A stretch of DNA of 64,000 nucleotides from a virus. Its lineage: Duplodnaviria > Heunggongvirae > Uroviricota > Caudoviricetes. A program made the translations under genes and the position numbers. This document shows, in pieces, positions 56,783 to 64,000 of this stretch. The DNA lies in the IMG/VR virus record IMGVR_UViG_3300013102_000004, positions 70,630 through 134,629 of that record. One strand, 5' to 3'. The notes below the pieces were generated by a model. That model did no database searches. It saw nothing but the letters and a program-made list of their open reading frames with translations, and had not been told where the DNA came from. Every line of letters starts with the position of its first letter. Within the stretch, counting starts at the first letter, position 1.

Positions 56783-57243
56783 TGTCTTGCCTTTCTGGTT
56801 GGTTACTTAGTTGGTGTCGGTTTGACAATTTCTAAGTTACGCCGAATGGCAAGCATACGTCAAGTAACAGTTCTATAACGTAGAGTATTCGCTGGTCAGA
56901 GCAACACTATCATGAACTTACATCGTTGTCATTTCGTGGTCTCAGTAGGTGAGCACCGCATAGAGAACAGATTTCAAGTACGAACTCCGGGCTATCTGGT
57001 TGATCTGCTGGTTCATACGTTACTTCATGCTCACATGCTGCATGTTTAAAGGTCTGAGTAGTAATAACCATCTACTCTGCTCCTGCTCGTGGTGCGTGAG
57101 CTGCAAGAACAGCACTGAACTCTGCCTCTGACAACACAGGACCAACTTCGTAGTCAATACCGTCTTCATAGTGGAAGATGAAACCAACGAATGGTCCCTG
57201 TACTCCGTCAGATTGTGGCAGTTCATGCCTGACTGTGCTGACG

Positions 57244-57603
57244 CTACTGATCTGTGCCATTACTTATCCTTACATGCTCTTTGAATGGACCTTCGAACCC
57301 TACATAACCGCAATAGCAGTAGAAGTTCTTGGTGCTTTCCTTGTAGGCGTACCAATCGTGTACTTCTACATCATCATTAGTAGTTACCTCTTCGGGTTCC
57401 GGCGTGAATACCCAACTGAAATCATCGAATTCAACCTTCCCGATACGTTCTCTTCCCCGATAGATGGTGACTTCACCAATGTTCATATCAGTTCCGATGC
57501 TGTCTGCAACTGCATTCTCATCGTATGGAAAGACAATATCAATTTTCTGCAAGGCTTCGGTGACTTCGTTCAGGAATGAGAGTGCCTTCTGATCGTAATA
57601 CAT
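57244..57603 (-). CDS. Hypothetical protein
   Basis: 119 aa, RBS AGGA, C-terminal CYC..H. Confidence 0.6.
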   Translation of the reverse strand: MYYDQKALSFLNEVTEALQKIDIVFPYDENAVADSIGTDMNIGEVTIYRGRERIGKVEFDDFSWVFTPEPEEVTTNDDVEVHDWYAYKESTKNFYCYCGYVGFEGPFKEHVRISNGTDQ

Positions 57604-57694
57604 GATTTCCTATCTGAAAGTTGTTGTGGCTAACTGGAATACAGGACTACAAGCATTACGATTGCTACGATCATAATCAATATCCATAATGCTG

Positions 57695-57928
57695 TCATGT
57701 TCTGAATCCGTAGCAACTGTCACCGAGCATGTATCCACCGGCTGACTCACACGATTCTCTGAAGTTCTGTGCGCTCTGGTACGAACCAGTGACTACGAGA
57801 ACGACTCCGACAATCATAATGATAACTCCCATTGCAATGGCAGGCCAACCTATATCTATCCCGCCGCATGTGAGAGCGAACCCAGCAAGAATGAAGATTA
57901 TGCCTGCTGTAACTAAAATCCAAACCAT
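57695..57928 (-). CDS. Small membrane protein (2 TM)
   Basis: Two TM helices, CESAGG..C. Confidence 0.7.
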   Translation of the reverse strand: MVWILVTAGIIFILAGFALTCGGIDIGWPAIAMGVIIMIVGVVLVVTGSYQSAQNFRESCESAGGYMLGDSCYGFRT

Positions 57929-58061
57929 TTCTGTCCTATGTTTCTATTGTGTTAACGGCGTGTTAACTTGGGCCAAGGCTTAGCTTCATATACGATGTTT
58001 CCGGCATTATCCGTCTCATCGAACGTGCTAAGCCTATAAAAGATATATACCAATCCAAGCA

Positions 58062-58364
58062 TTATGTCCAAGGTACTACCGTTTCATCTGGGAAGTATCG
58101 GTTGATCATTCCTTGAATCCATTCGTAGCCAACAGGATTGGCGGTTAGCATCTTGACCTCTTTTGGAAAGTATTCGTTCTCGATGATCCACAGTACCACA
58201 CGTCGGGTAGTGTCATCTCCACCAAGGTCATGATCAAATGCTACTGCCTCAAACTCTACGTTCCGCATTTTCCACAGTTCCAGATAAGCAAGTGCTTCAC
58301 TGCTGTTCTCACACCATAGCCAATTGTCCGGTGCGACACGAATATCATCAATCCACATACGCAT
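58062..58364 (-). CDS. Cyclic-phosphate-processing receiver-domain protein
   Basis: MWIDDIR.AP..W...AFDHDLG...TANPVG. Confidence 0.82.
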   Translation of the reverse strand: MRMWIDDIRVAPDNWLWCENSSEALAYLELWKMRNVEFEAVAFDHDLGGDDTTRRVVLWIIENEYFPKEVKMLTANPVGYEWIQGMINRYFPDETVVPWT

Positions 58365-58519
58365 ATTACTTACTCAACTTCTGTGCTAGAGCCAGTTCGG
58401 CTTCTGCTTGATGACGAATTTGTTCTACCGTAACAGACTTGATTCCTTTTTCTTCAAGTCGTTCCACATAGGCTAGCAGACCAACACTACTCAGAAAAAG
58501 TATTTGACTTTGAGTAAGA

Positions 58520-58777
58520 CTATTTTCCGAATTCATGAGTGTTCATCCTGCCTGGCGAGAATGGAAGTCGCTCTACCTTGACTACATAGTTCTTGTCAAA
58601 CCATGCTGCGTCCTGGTGAAAGTCAGTCTGGATTTTGACTTTCTTTTTTATGTCTACGATCTTTCCTGAAGTCATTCCGGTCCAACTACGATGACAGATT
58701 ACATAGTCACCGACTGCCAGTTCCACCTTACGAGTATCAAGAATTGGTGCTGGCTGTGCATCTAACGGGTTTGTCAT
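58520..58777 (-). CDS. Hypothetical SH3-like protein
   Basis: LAVGDYV..GKIVDI..VKI. Confidence 0.55.
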   Translation of the reverse strand: MTNPLDAQPAPILDTRKVELAVGDYVICHRSWTGMTSGKIVDIKKKVKIQTDFHQDAAWFDKNYVVKVERLPFSPGRMNTHEFGK

Positions 58778-59013
58778 TTGTCCTCAAATAAGTAAAACGA
58801 GAGAATATCTGAATCATCCTCACGCTCGGGTACAGCTTTGTAACCGATCTTCTTTCCTACTTTACGCACTAAATCAATAACTAATGCGTCTTGGTTCTCC
58901 GGGATTTCCATATCAACTCTGTGCTCACCATTGCTGATTGCTCTCACAATCATATAGTTGGTGTCCAGAATGAAGTCAACAATGGATTGATCCAGCCTAT
59001 CGGCCACGACCAT
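58774..59013 (-). CDS. Hypothetical protein
   Basis: 79 aa, coupled. Confidence 0.55.
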   Translation of the reverse strand: MVVADRLDQSIVDFILDTNYMIVRAISNGEHRVDMEIPENQDALVIDLVRKVGKKIGYKAVPEREDDSDILSFYLFEDK

Positions 59014-59194
59014 ATGTCTTCCAAGAGTACATTGAATGACTGTCCCAAGCCTTACGCTTAGGAACGTCTGTCTTTCCTACCCAGTTAAGTACGGTACTGG
59101 GACTGCAACGCAAGGTTGCCGCAATGTTATCAGAACTCATGCCTGCTGCATAGAGGTTGACTGCCATTTCCTTGCGACTTTCTTTTACTGCCAT
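58997..59194 (-). CDS. Helix-turn-helix DNA-binding protein
   Basis: NLYAAGMSSDNIAATLRCSPSTVLNWV. Confidence 0.8.
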   Translation of the reverse strand: MAVKESRKEMAVNLYAAGMSSDNIAATLRCSPSTVLNWVGKTDVPKRKAWDSHSMYSWKTYGRGR

Positions 59195-59269
59195 TTTTGT
59201 TTTAGTCCTTTGTGTATAGATCGAAGTCTAGTTCGATAGAGATTGAGAGGTTGTCTTGCTCGTCAGCGT

Positions 59270-59530
59270 CTAGAGGATTGCGCTGCATCGTGGACTCACT
59301 TCTGCTTTCGCTATTGCATCTTTCAATGTGAGACCTGGAATCATTTCCATCAGGTGGCGGCTGGCGGAATCTACACACACTACGTATGCCGCATTGCTAC
59401 CTGGTGTTACTGGTTCTGGCTTATCTTGGAACGAATTGTATACAATGGCTGCAAGTATCGCTGCAACTATTCCTACCAGAACTCCTATCCGTACCGGACT
59501 ATGCCCGATACCTAAGAACATTTCCTTCAC
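59270..59530 (-). CDS. Small membrane protein
   Basis: Single TM helix, two Cys. Confidence 0.55.
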   Translation of the reverse strand: MKEMFLGIGHSPVRIGVLVGIVAAILAAIVYNSFQDKPEPVTPGSNAAYVVCVDSASRHLMEMIPGLTLKDAIAKAEVSPRCSAIL

Positions 59531-59554
59531 TTACTTCTACTTCCATTGGTGTAA

Positions 59555-59836
59555 TTACACGGTGATCCGTGAAAATTTGTTGGGTTCCCCATGACCAACA
59601 TGAATCTGACCGCAAGTGCAATCATCGTATGGACGTAGATTTCGCTTGAACAGTTTGTCGTCAGGTCGTGAGTCAATGTACTCCCATGCCGCATTAGCAT
59701 CAGAGTAGACTTTCTTGTGCGGATTCTTGCATGTTTTTGTTGGATTCTGGCGACTGAATGCCCGCTCATGCTTCACTGAGCAAAAGTCTGTACCGTTTGG
59801 TGTGAAGACATTCTGGCATTTCTTGCAACGGTTCAT
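59555..59836 (-). CDS. Cys/His-rich Zn-binding protein
   Basis: CKKC..FCS..H, C..PHKK.Y, CTCG..H. Confidence 0.65.
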   Translation of the reverse strand: MNRCKKCQNVFTPNGTDFCSVKHERAFSRQNPTKTCKNPHKKVYSDANAAWEYIDSRPDDKLFKRNLRPYDDCTCGQIHVGHGEPNKFSRITV

Positions 59837-59845
59837 TCTATTTCC

Positions 59846-60055
59846 TCACTTGTAGAGTAGGGTGATCAGTTCGCCATTTCTTCTAAGAGCATATCCGATG
59901 CTCTCTCCTAAGTCAATTCTCTCAACATCGTTGATGATTGCCTTGATGATGTACTTCATAACGTGCTCAATTGCCTGGCTATGAAGTGAGTATTCATTAA
60001 ACTCTTGATGCAGAATAACATCTTTGGACTGGTAGTGCGTAATTTCGAGGATCAC
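59846..60055 (-). CDS. Hypothetical protein
   Basis: 69 aa on the coding strand. Confidence 0.5.
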   Translation of the reverse strand: MILEITHYQSKDVILHQEFNEYSLHSQAIEHVMKYIIKAIINDVERIDLGESIGYALRRNGELITLLYK

Positions 60056-60323
60056 CTAAAGGCTCCAATGGTAGATGACTGCAAGAACCATGACACAAGC
60101 TGAGGCGATCATACCAGGTAAAACCCAACTGTACAAGAAGTTAGCAATGAACCTCATTTGACGCCCTTCCAGTGAATGCCAATGGTCAGCCTAGTCTCGA
60201 TAGGAATAAACTGAGACTCGGGAATTTCGGATAATAGCTGTCTGTAGATGGGAGTACCAGAGAGAACTCCGGGATGGAATGTCTCAAGCAGAGTGTCGAA
60301 TTCAAAGAGGTTCATGTTCGCTC

Positions 60324-60376
60324 CTAAGTCGGTGGCTGTTAGAACTAAATCTACATCACCACCGACCTAGTGTCAA
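60324..60376 (-). promoter_or_regulatory. SigA-type promoter within an inverted repeat
   Basis: TTGACA-17-TAGATT; IR CTAGGTCGGTGG/CCACCGACTTAG. Confidence 0.7.
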
Positions 60377-61002
60377 CCCTTTGGCTTGATCTGCTTCCAG
60401 TTGTCATCGAACTCAGGCAGAGGCTTGCCATTCATCATTGCATCAGCAATTAACTTTTCGGCTTTAGCTTTAGCTGCCTCTTCCCGGCGCTCTCCAATTG
60501 CTTTCAGCTCAGCATCCACCAATTCCTGAATCTTCGGTGGTGTGATAATCTCCTGCTTATTCTTTTTCACTTCTGGTTGACGAGCATGAACCATGATGCC
60601 TAGATTCTCCTGCATCGGGTGATTGGGAGTTGCACGTGCCAGCTTAGCCACAGGCTTGAGCTTACGCTTGGATTTGCGGTCAAGATGCACGTATTCGCCT
60701 GCACGCATTTGGTCGTACTCATACGCTGCAAGGTCTCGATACAGCAACAGTATGCCTGCCATTCCCCAATATGGCAAGCCAATCAGCAAGAATGGAATGA
60801 TCATGACAAAGTAAAACACATGAACGAAGATACCCAGTGCGATTCCACCAGCCATAGTCAATAAGCTTAACGCACTAAGAAAGTTACAGATTTCAACCCT
60901 GTAAAGATAAAGGGTTTGAATGCCGATTGCGTGCTTCCAATAGAACGGAACACGATCGGAGAGTTTGCTGTCATACGCGGGTCGCCGGAATTCACTTCTC
61001 AT
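60373..61002 (-). CDS. Membrane protein (2 TM) with basic C-terminal domain
   Basis: 209 aa, hydrophobic hairpin. Confidence 0.7.
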   Translation of the reverse strand: MRSEFRRPAYDSKLSDRVPFYWKHAIGIQTLYLYRVEICNFLSALSLLTMAGGIALGIFVHVFYFVMIIPFLLIGLPYWGMAGILLLYRDLAAYEYDQMRAGEYVHLDRKSKRKLKPVAKLARATPNHPMQENLGIMVHARQPEVKKNKQEIITPPKIQELVDAELKAIGERREEAAKAKAEKLIADAMMNGKPLPEFDDNWKQIKPKG

Positions 61003-61243
61003 CGTCTTGACTTTCTATTTGTGCCATTAGCCCATGTACAGCTATCTGACTGATTAAATTGATTGTCACGTCTAGCAAAGCTTCTGCCTGCTGCTCATTC
61101 AGCAGATACAAACGTTGCCCAGCGAACTGCAATCCGTTAAAGACTACAGCCCACTCATCCTCACTCAGTGTTGCTGTTCTGCCAGATACCATAATAATCC
61201 TGCTTGTACCCAGCAGACTCAAGTTGCTCTTCCAACTCCGCAA
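60992..61243 (-). CDS. Hypothetical protein
   Basis: True start probably MVSGRTATL; overlaps next ORF. Confidence 0.4.
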   Translation of the reverse strand: MRSWKSNLSLLGTSRIIMVSGRTATLSEDEWAVVFNGLQFAGQRLYLLNEQQAEALLDVTINLISQIAVHGLMAQIESQDDEK

Positions 61244-61367
61244 TGCGAAGAATCACAGCGTTCTGCTTTGCCTGAGCACCCGAAGACCATGCCCCACCCT
61301 CGTAATGCATCTCTGCAAGCAAGTTCTTCTGGTCAATCCACTCATCTATGATCTGAGTTGCATCCAT
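61161..61367 (-). CDS. Hypothetical protein
   Basis: 68 aa, RBS AAGGGG. Confidence 0.6.
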   Translation of the reverse strand: MDATQIIDEWIDQKNLLAEMHYEGGAWSSGAQAKQNAVILRIAELEEQLESAGYKQDYYGIWQNSNTE

Positions 61368-61398
61368 TACGTTCCCCTTCGTTGTAGTTGATGCAAGC

Positions 61399-61650
61399 CT
61401 AATCTAGTTTGTACTTTCTGTCAAGCAATCTTTCCATCAGGTCTAATTCGTCTACCTGAATCTCCCAGTAGCTCAAGATACCGTTCTTGACGATTAGCTG
61501 CAAGTCTGACGTTCCCTCAATGTACTCAGCCACAACAGCTTCGTCAACCGGGCTGGCAGTTGTTCTCAAATGAGATATGTATTTTCCCAATCGAAAGCTC
61601 AGTTCACCATACAGGTTAAGTAAATCTACTATCTGTTCGTAATCTTCCAT
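61399..61650 (-). CDS. Hypothetical protein
   Basis: Start set at MEDYEQ after RBS AAGGAAG. Confidence 0.55.
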   Translation of the reverse strand: MEDYEQIVDLLNLYGELSFRLGKYISHLRTTASPVDEAVVAEYIEGTSDLQLIVKNGILSYWEIQVDELDLMERLLDRKYKLD

Positions 61651-61745
61651 TTTTCTCTTCCTTATAGATACAACAGCGGCGGGCACCGAGTAGAACCATT
61701 CCGGTGCCCGCACTTGATGCGGTTCTGCGCTGTCGTATTGGGTGA

Positions 61746-62087
61746 CTATTCGTCAATTTCCCATGCGATTTTAGCTTCTGAAATCCAATGTTGTAGCTGA
61801 TCGACAAGAGCCTGAGCATTCTGAAGGTTCAGGTGTGCTGTAGCATCCTTTGTTTCACCCTGGTTCTCAATGTGACTTCCTGCTGTGTCAACATTGAGCC
61901 ATACATGTGGACCCATTGCTGCACTAGAACCATAGATTCTAGTCTTTGTGCCGTAGGTGCAAGTGATGGGAGTGTACTGGACAAACCCACGTTCACTGTA
62001 TGTTACTGCTACATCTTCGCTCATCTGATTACCTCTGTTCTCGTGTCTGTCACGTTTTGTGCATACACATTCTGAAGTTTTGCCCAA
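61746..62087 (-). CDS. Hypothetical conserved-looking actinophage protein
   Basis: SERGF..Y.PI..TYG..RIYGSSAAMGPHVWL..AHLNL; true start probably MSEDVAV. Confidence 0.65.
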   Translation of the reverse strand: MGKTSECVCTKRDRHENRGNQMSEDVAVTYSERGFVQYTPITCTYGTKTRIYGSSAAMGPHVWLNVDTAGSHIENQGETKDATAHLNLQNAQALVDQLQHWISEAKIAWEIDE

Positions 62088-62626
62088 TTGACAAGATCGC
62101 CAATCATTTGCTTCTCGTCATCCTTGTACAGCACACTAAACATAACTTTGTTCTGATACCAGGTTCTTGACTCAAGACTGTTTTCAAAGATTACCGAACG
62201 GCTCTTGCTACCAATTTCGACGTTCGTGCTGTCATTGACCAAGGCGACTCTCAGAACGATATCGTCTTTAACGTCTAGATGATAATGGATGCGTTTGCGT
62301 GGTACCTTACGATAAGCTACATGCCAACTGTGTCCTGCTGGTGGCTTGACCTGCTTGAGCTTATCCACAAGATATTCTTTGGGATAGAAGCTGAAGCCAT
62401 AGTTTTCTTGCTTGGGCGGTGGTGCTGGCTTTGGAGTTACCGTTTTCTTATTCAGATCAGAGACGTAGACGATTGATTCATCTTCTACGATCTTCCATTC
62501 GTTCAGGTTCGGGTGTTCGAATTCAACCTGCACCGGCCTTGATTTAGGTGCTGTAGGACGACACGCTAGCCAGATCAGTAGCACAAGGAATAGGAATATA
62601 GCTACTCCTGCTAGTGCATATATCAA
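62021..62626 (-). CDS. N-terminally membrane-anchored protein (paralogue of 63235-63807)
   Basis: TM helix; DDIVLRVALV and QMIGDLVNWA. Confidence 0.7.
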   Translation of the reverse strand: MIYALAGVAIFLFLVLLIWLACRPTAPKSRPVQVEFEHPNLNEWKIVEDESIVYVSDLNKKTVTPKPAPPPKQENYGFSFYPKEYLVDKLKQVKPPAGHSWHVAYRKVPRKRIHYHLDVKDDIVLRVALVNDSTNVEIGSKSRSVIFENSLESRTWYQNKVMFSVLYKDDEKQMIGDLVNWAKLQNVYAQNVTDTRTEVIR

Positions 62627-62835
62627 CTTACCTCCACGATTTTGTAGCTGAGACTGCGTAGTCCCTTGCTGATTTTGAATTCATGACGTTCAACGACCAT
62701 CTCGAAATCACCTTCGTTGATGAATCGGTCACGCAAACAAACAAGAACGTATTCTGCCTGCTCTAGCGTCAGTGGTTCGATATTAACCGAGTGCTTACGA
62801 GCGTTGATTCCGGTTCGCTGTACGTTGTACGGCAT
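62623..62835 (-). CDS. Hypothetical protein
   Basis: 70 aa, RBS AGGAG. Confidence 0.6.
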   Translation of the reverse strand: MPYNVQRTGINARKHSVNIEPLTLEQAEYVLVCLRDRFINEGDFEMVVERHEFKISKGLRSLSYKIVEVS

Positions 62836-62843
62836 TTTGTCTC

Positions 62844-63287
62844 CTACAGTTGTGGGTACGTTTGTTCGAATCGTACCACATGGATGCCTTGCTTTTCTGC
62901 GTAGTCAGCACATTGTGTCGCACCTGGTGACTGATTCAGAATGAATGCTAGCACAATGTCTGGCTGCTTCTCTATCATAGCAATATTACGTAGCATACCT
63001 GCACGCTTGCCGTACTTTTTCCAGTGTTCATCTGTTACCGGGAAATCTTTAACCTTGATGTTCAGTCCCGCTTCATGCACACGATCACCGGCCCATAGGC
63101 TAGCAATGGTGTCCAATCCACGAGCTGCACCATGCAACAAATAGAAATCGTCTGAATTGCGGTAATACAATGTATCTAGCGCATTCCAGACGACCCTAGT
63201 GTCTTTCCAGTCTCTACTTCCCGTTACGAGAAGCTTATACAATCTGAACCACCGGCTCAGGCGGGCAGTACTCGTATTCGTACTCAT
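62844..63287 (-). CDS. SLOG-superfamily protein (YspA-related/DUF2493)
   Basis: LLVTGSRDW..LHGAARGLD..AGMLRNIAMI..VLAF..SPGA. Confidence 0.85.
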   Translation of the reverse strand: MSTNTSTARLSRWFRLYKLLVTGSRDWKDTRVVWNALDTLYYRNSDDFYLLHGAARGLDTIASLWAGDRVHEAGLNIKVKDFPVTDEHWKKYGKRAGMLRNIAMIEKQPDIVLAFILNQSPGATQCADYAEKQGIHVVRFEQTYPQL

Positions 63288-63807
63288 CCTGGCAATTACC
63301 AGCCCACTCAGTAATCTCAGTGATCATCTGATTCTGGCAAGCCTTAGCACCGTTACGATGACGAACAGTCTCGCTCACGAATGCTTTCTTATAGGTGAAG
63401 TACGTCTTCAGATGCTCATCGTAGTAGCGTGTCAGGTTGAAGACAACCTCCGCAATCGGATCAGTGTTGCGTACGTCAATAAACTTAATGCGTAGCATAC
63501 TGTCATTGCGATCTACCTTGACCTTTCCGTTCTCGTCATTCAGAACTTCACCGGCAATGTCCACGCTGATATCCCAACGAGTGTTCATCAACCTCTGTGG
63601 ACGATTGGGGAAACTGTTCTTCACCTTGGCGAGAATGTCAATGTCGTGACCGTACGTTTCCACGTCAATCTTTTTGACAATGACGATTGGTTGATCCACA
63701 GACTTTGCAGTCCGCTTATTCTTGATGACATTCCATATGAAATTGCCTAGCTTCACGCCTCCGACGAAAACCAGTATGGATACGAATGCAATCAGAACCC
63801 AAATCAT
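63235..63807 (-). CDS. N-terminally membrane-anchored protein
   Basis: TM helix; NDSMLRIKFI and QMITEITEWA. Confidence 0.7.
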   Translation of the reverse strand: MIWVLIAFVSILVFVGGVKLGNFIWNVIKNKRTAKSVDQPIVIVKKIDVETYGHDIDILAKVKNSFPNRPQRLMNTRWDISVDIAGEVLNDENGKVKVDRNDSMLRIKFIDVRNTDPIAEVVFNLTRYYDEHLKTYFTYKKAFVSETVRHRNGAKACQNQMITEITEWAGNCQDEYEYEYCPPEPVVQIV

Positions 63808-64000
63808 GTTCTACCTTTCGATTGTGTCTGGTTGGCCGTTCCAACCTTCTGCCTGAACTATATCATACGGTCCAGACGACATTAAAACTTCAAACTCTCC
63901 TGATAGATACTTATCAAATATCTCATAGGGATCAGTGCTATCGTACCCTGTCGTGTAGGCAATGCTGCCAATCTGCAAGTATACTGCATCATTGATCTTT

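Overview
The window is a 64-kb slice of a large, low-to-mid-GC siphovirus of a mycolic-acid actinobacterium. Rhodococcus/Gordonia-like hosts are suggested by the LGFP-repeat amidase lysin, Rpf, DUF4185 and IdeR-like boxes. The layout resembles long-terminal-repeat actinophages. 1-31.2 kb (minus strand): glycosyltransferase, class Ia RNR, lysin, two candidate tailspikes, portal, protease, capsid, head-tail genes, tail chaperones, 2294-aa tape measure and minor tails. 31.4-44.0 kb (plus strand): FkbM, Rpf, ThyX, DUF4185, SpoU, RNA ligase, a Prs+NAMPT NAD pair and a vWA protein. 44.2-48.9 kb: a probable terminal-repeat/early block with small genes and repeat-rich non-coding DNA. 49-64 kb (minus strand): many small genes including a CCA-adding enzyme, dual-specificity phosphatase, macrodomain, cyclic-phosphate receiver and SLOG. 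No terminase, integrase, polymerase, canonical tRNA or CRISPR array was seen. The main candidates for novelty are: (1) an array of IdeR/DtxR iron-repressor-like operators bracketing the early block, in a phage carrying an iron-dependent RNR; (2) NrdA's C-terminal redox-cysteine tail encoded as a separate in-frame 31-aa gene that the ORF track missed; (3) a D-armless tRNA mimic at the head of the early operon; (4) a tail chaperone that needs two -1 shifts. All matches were read by eye; no database search was run.
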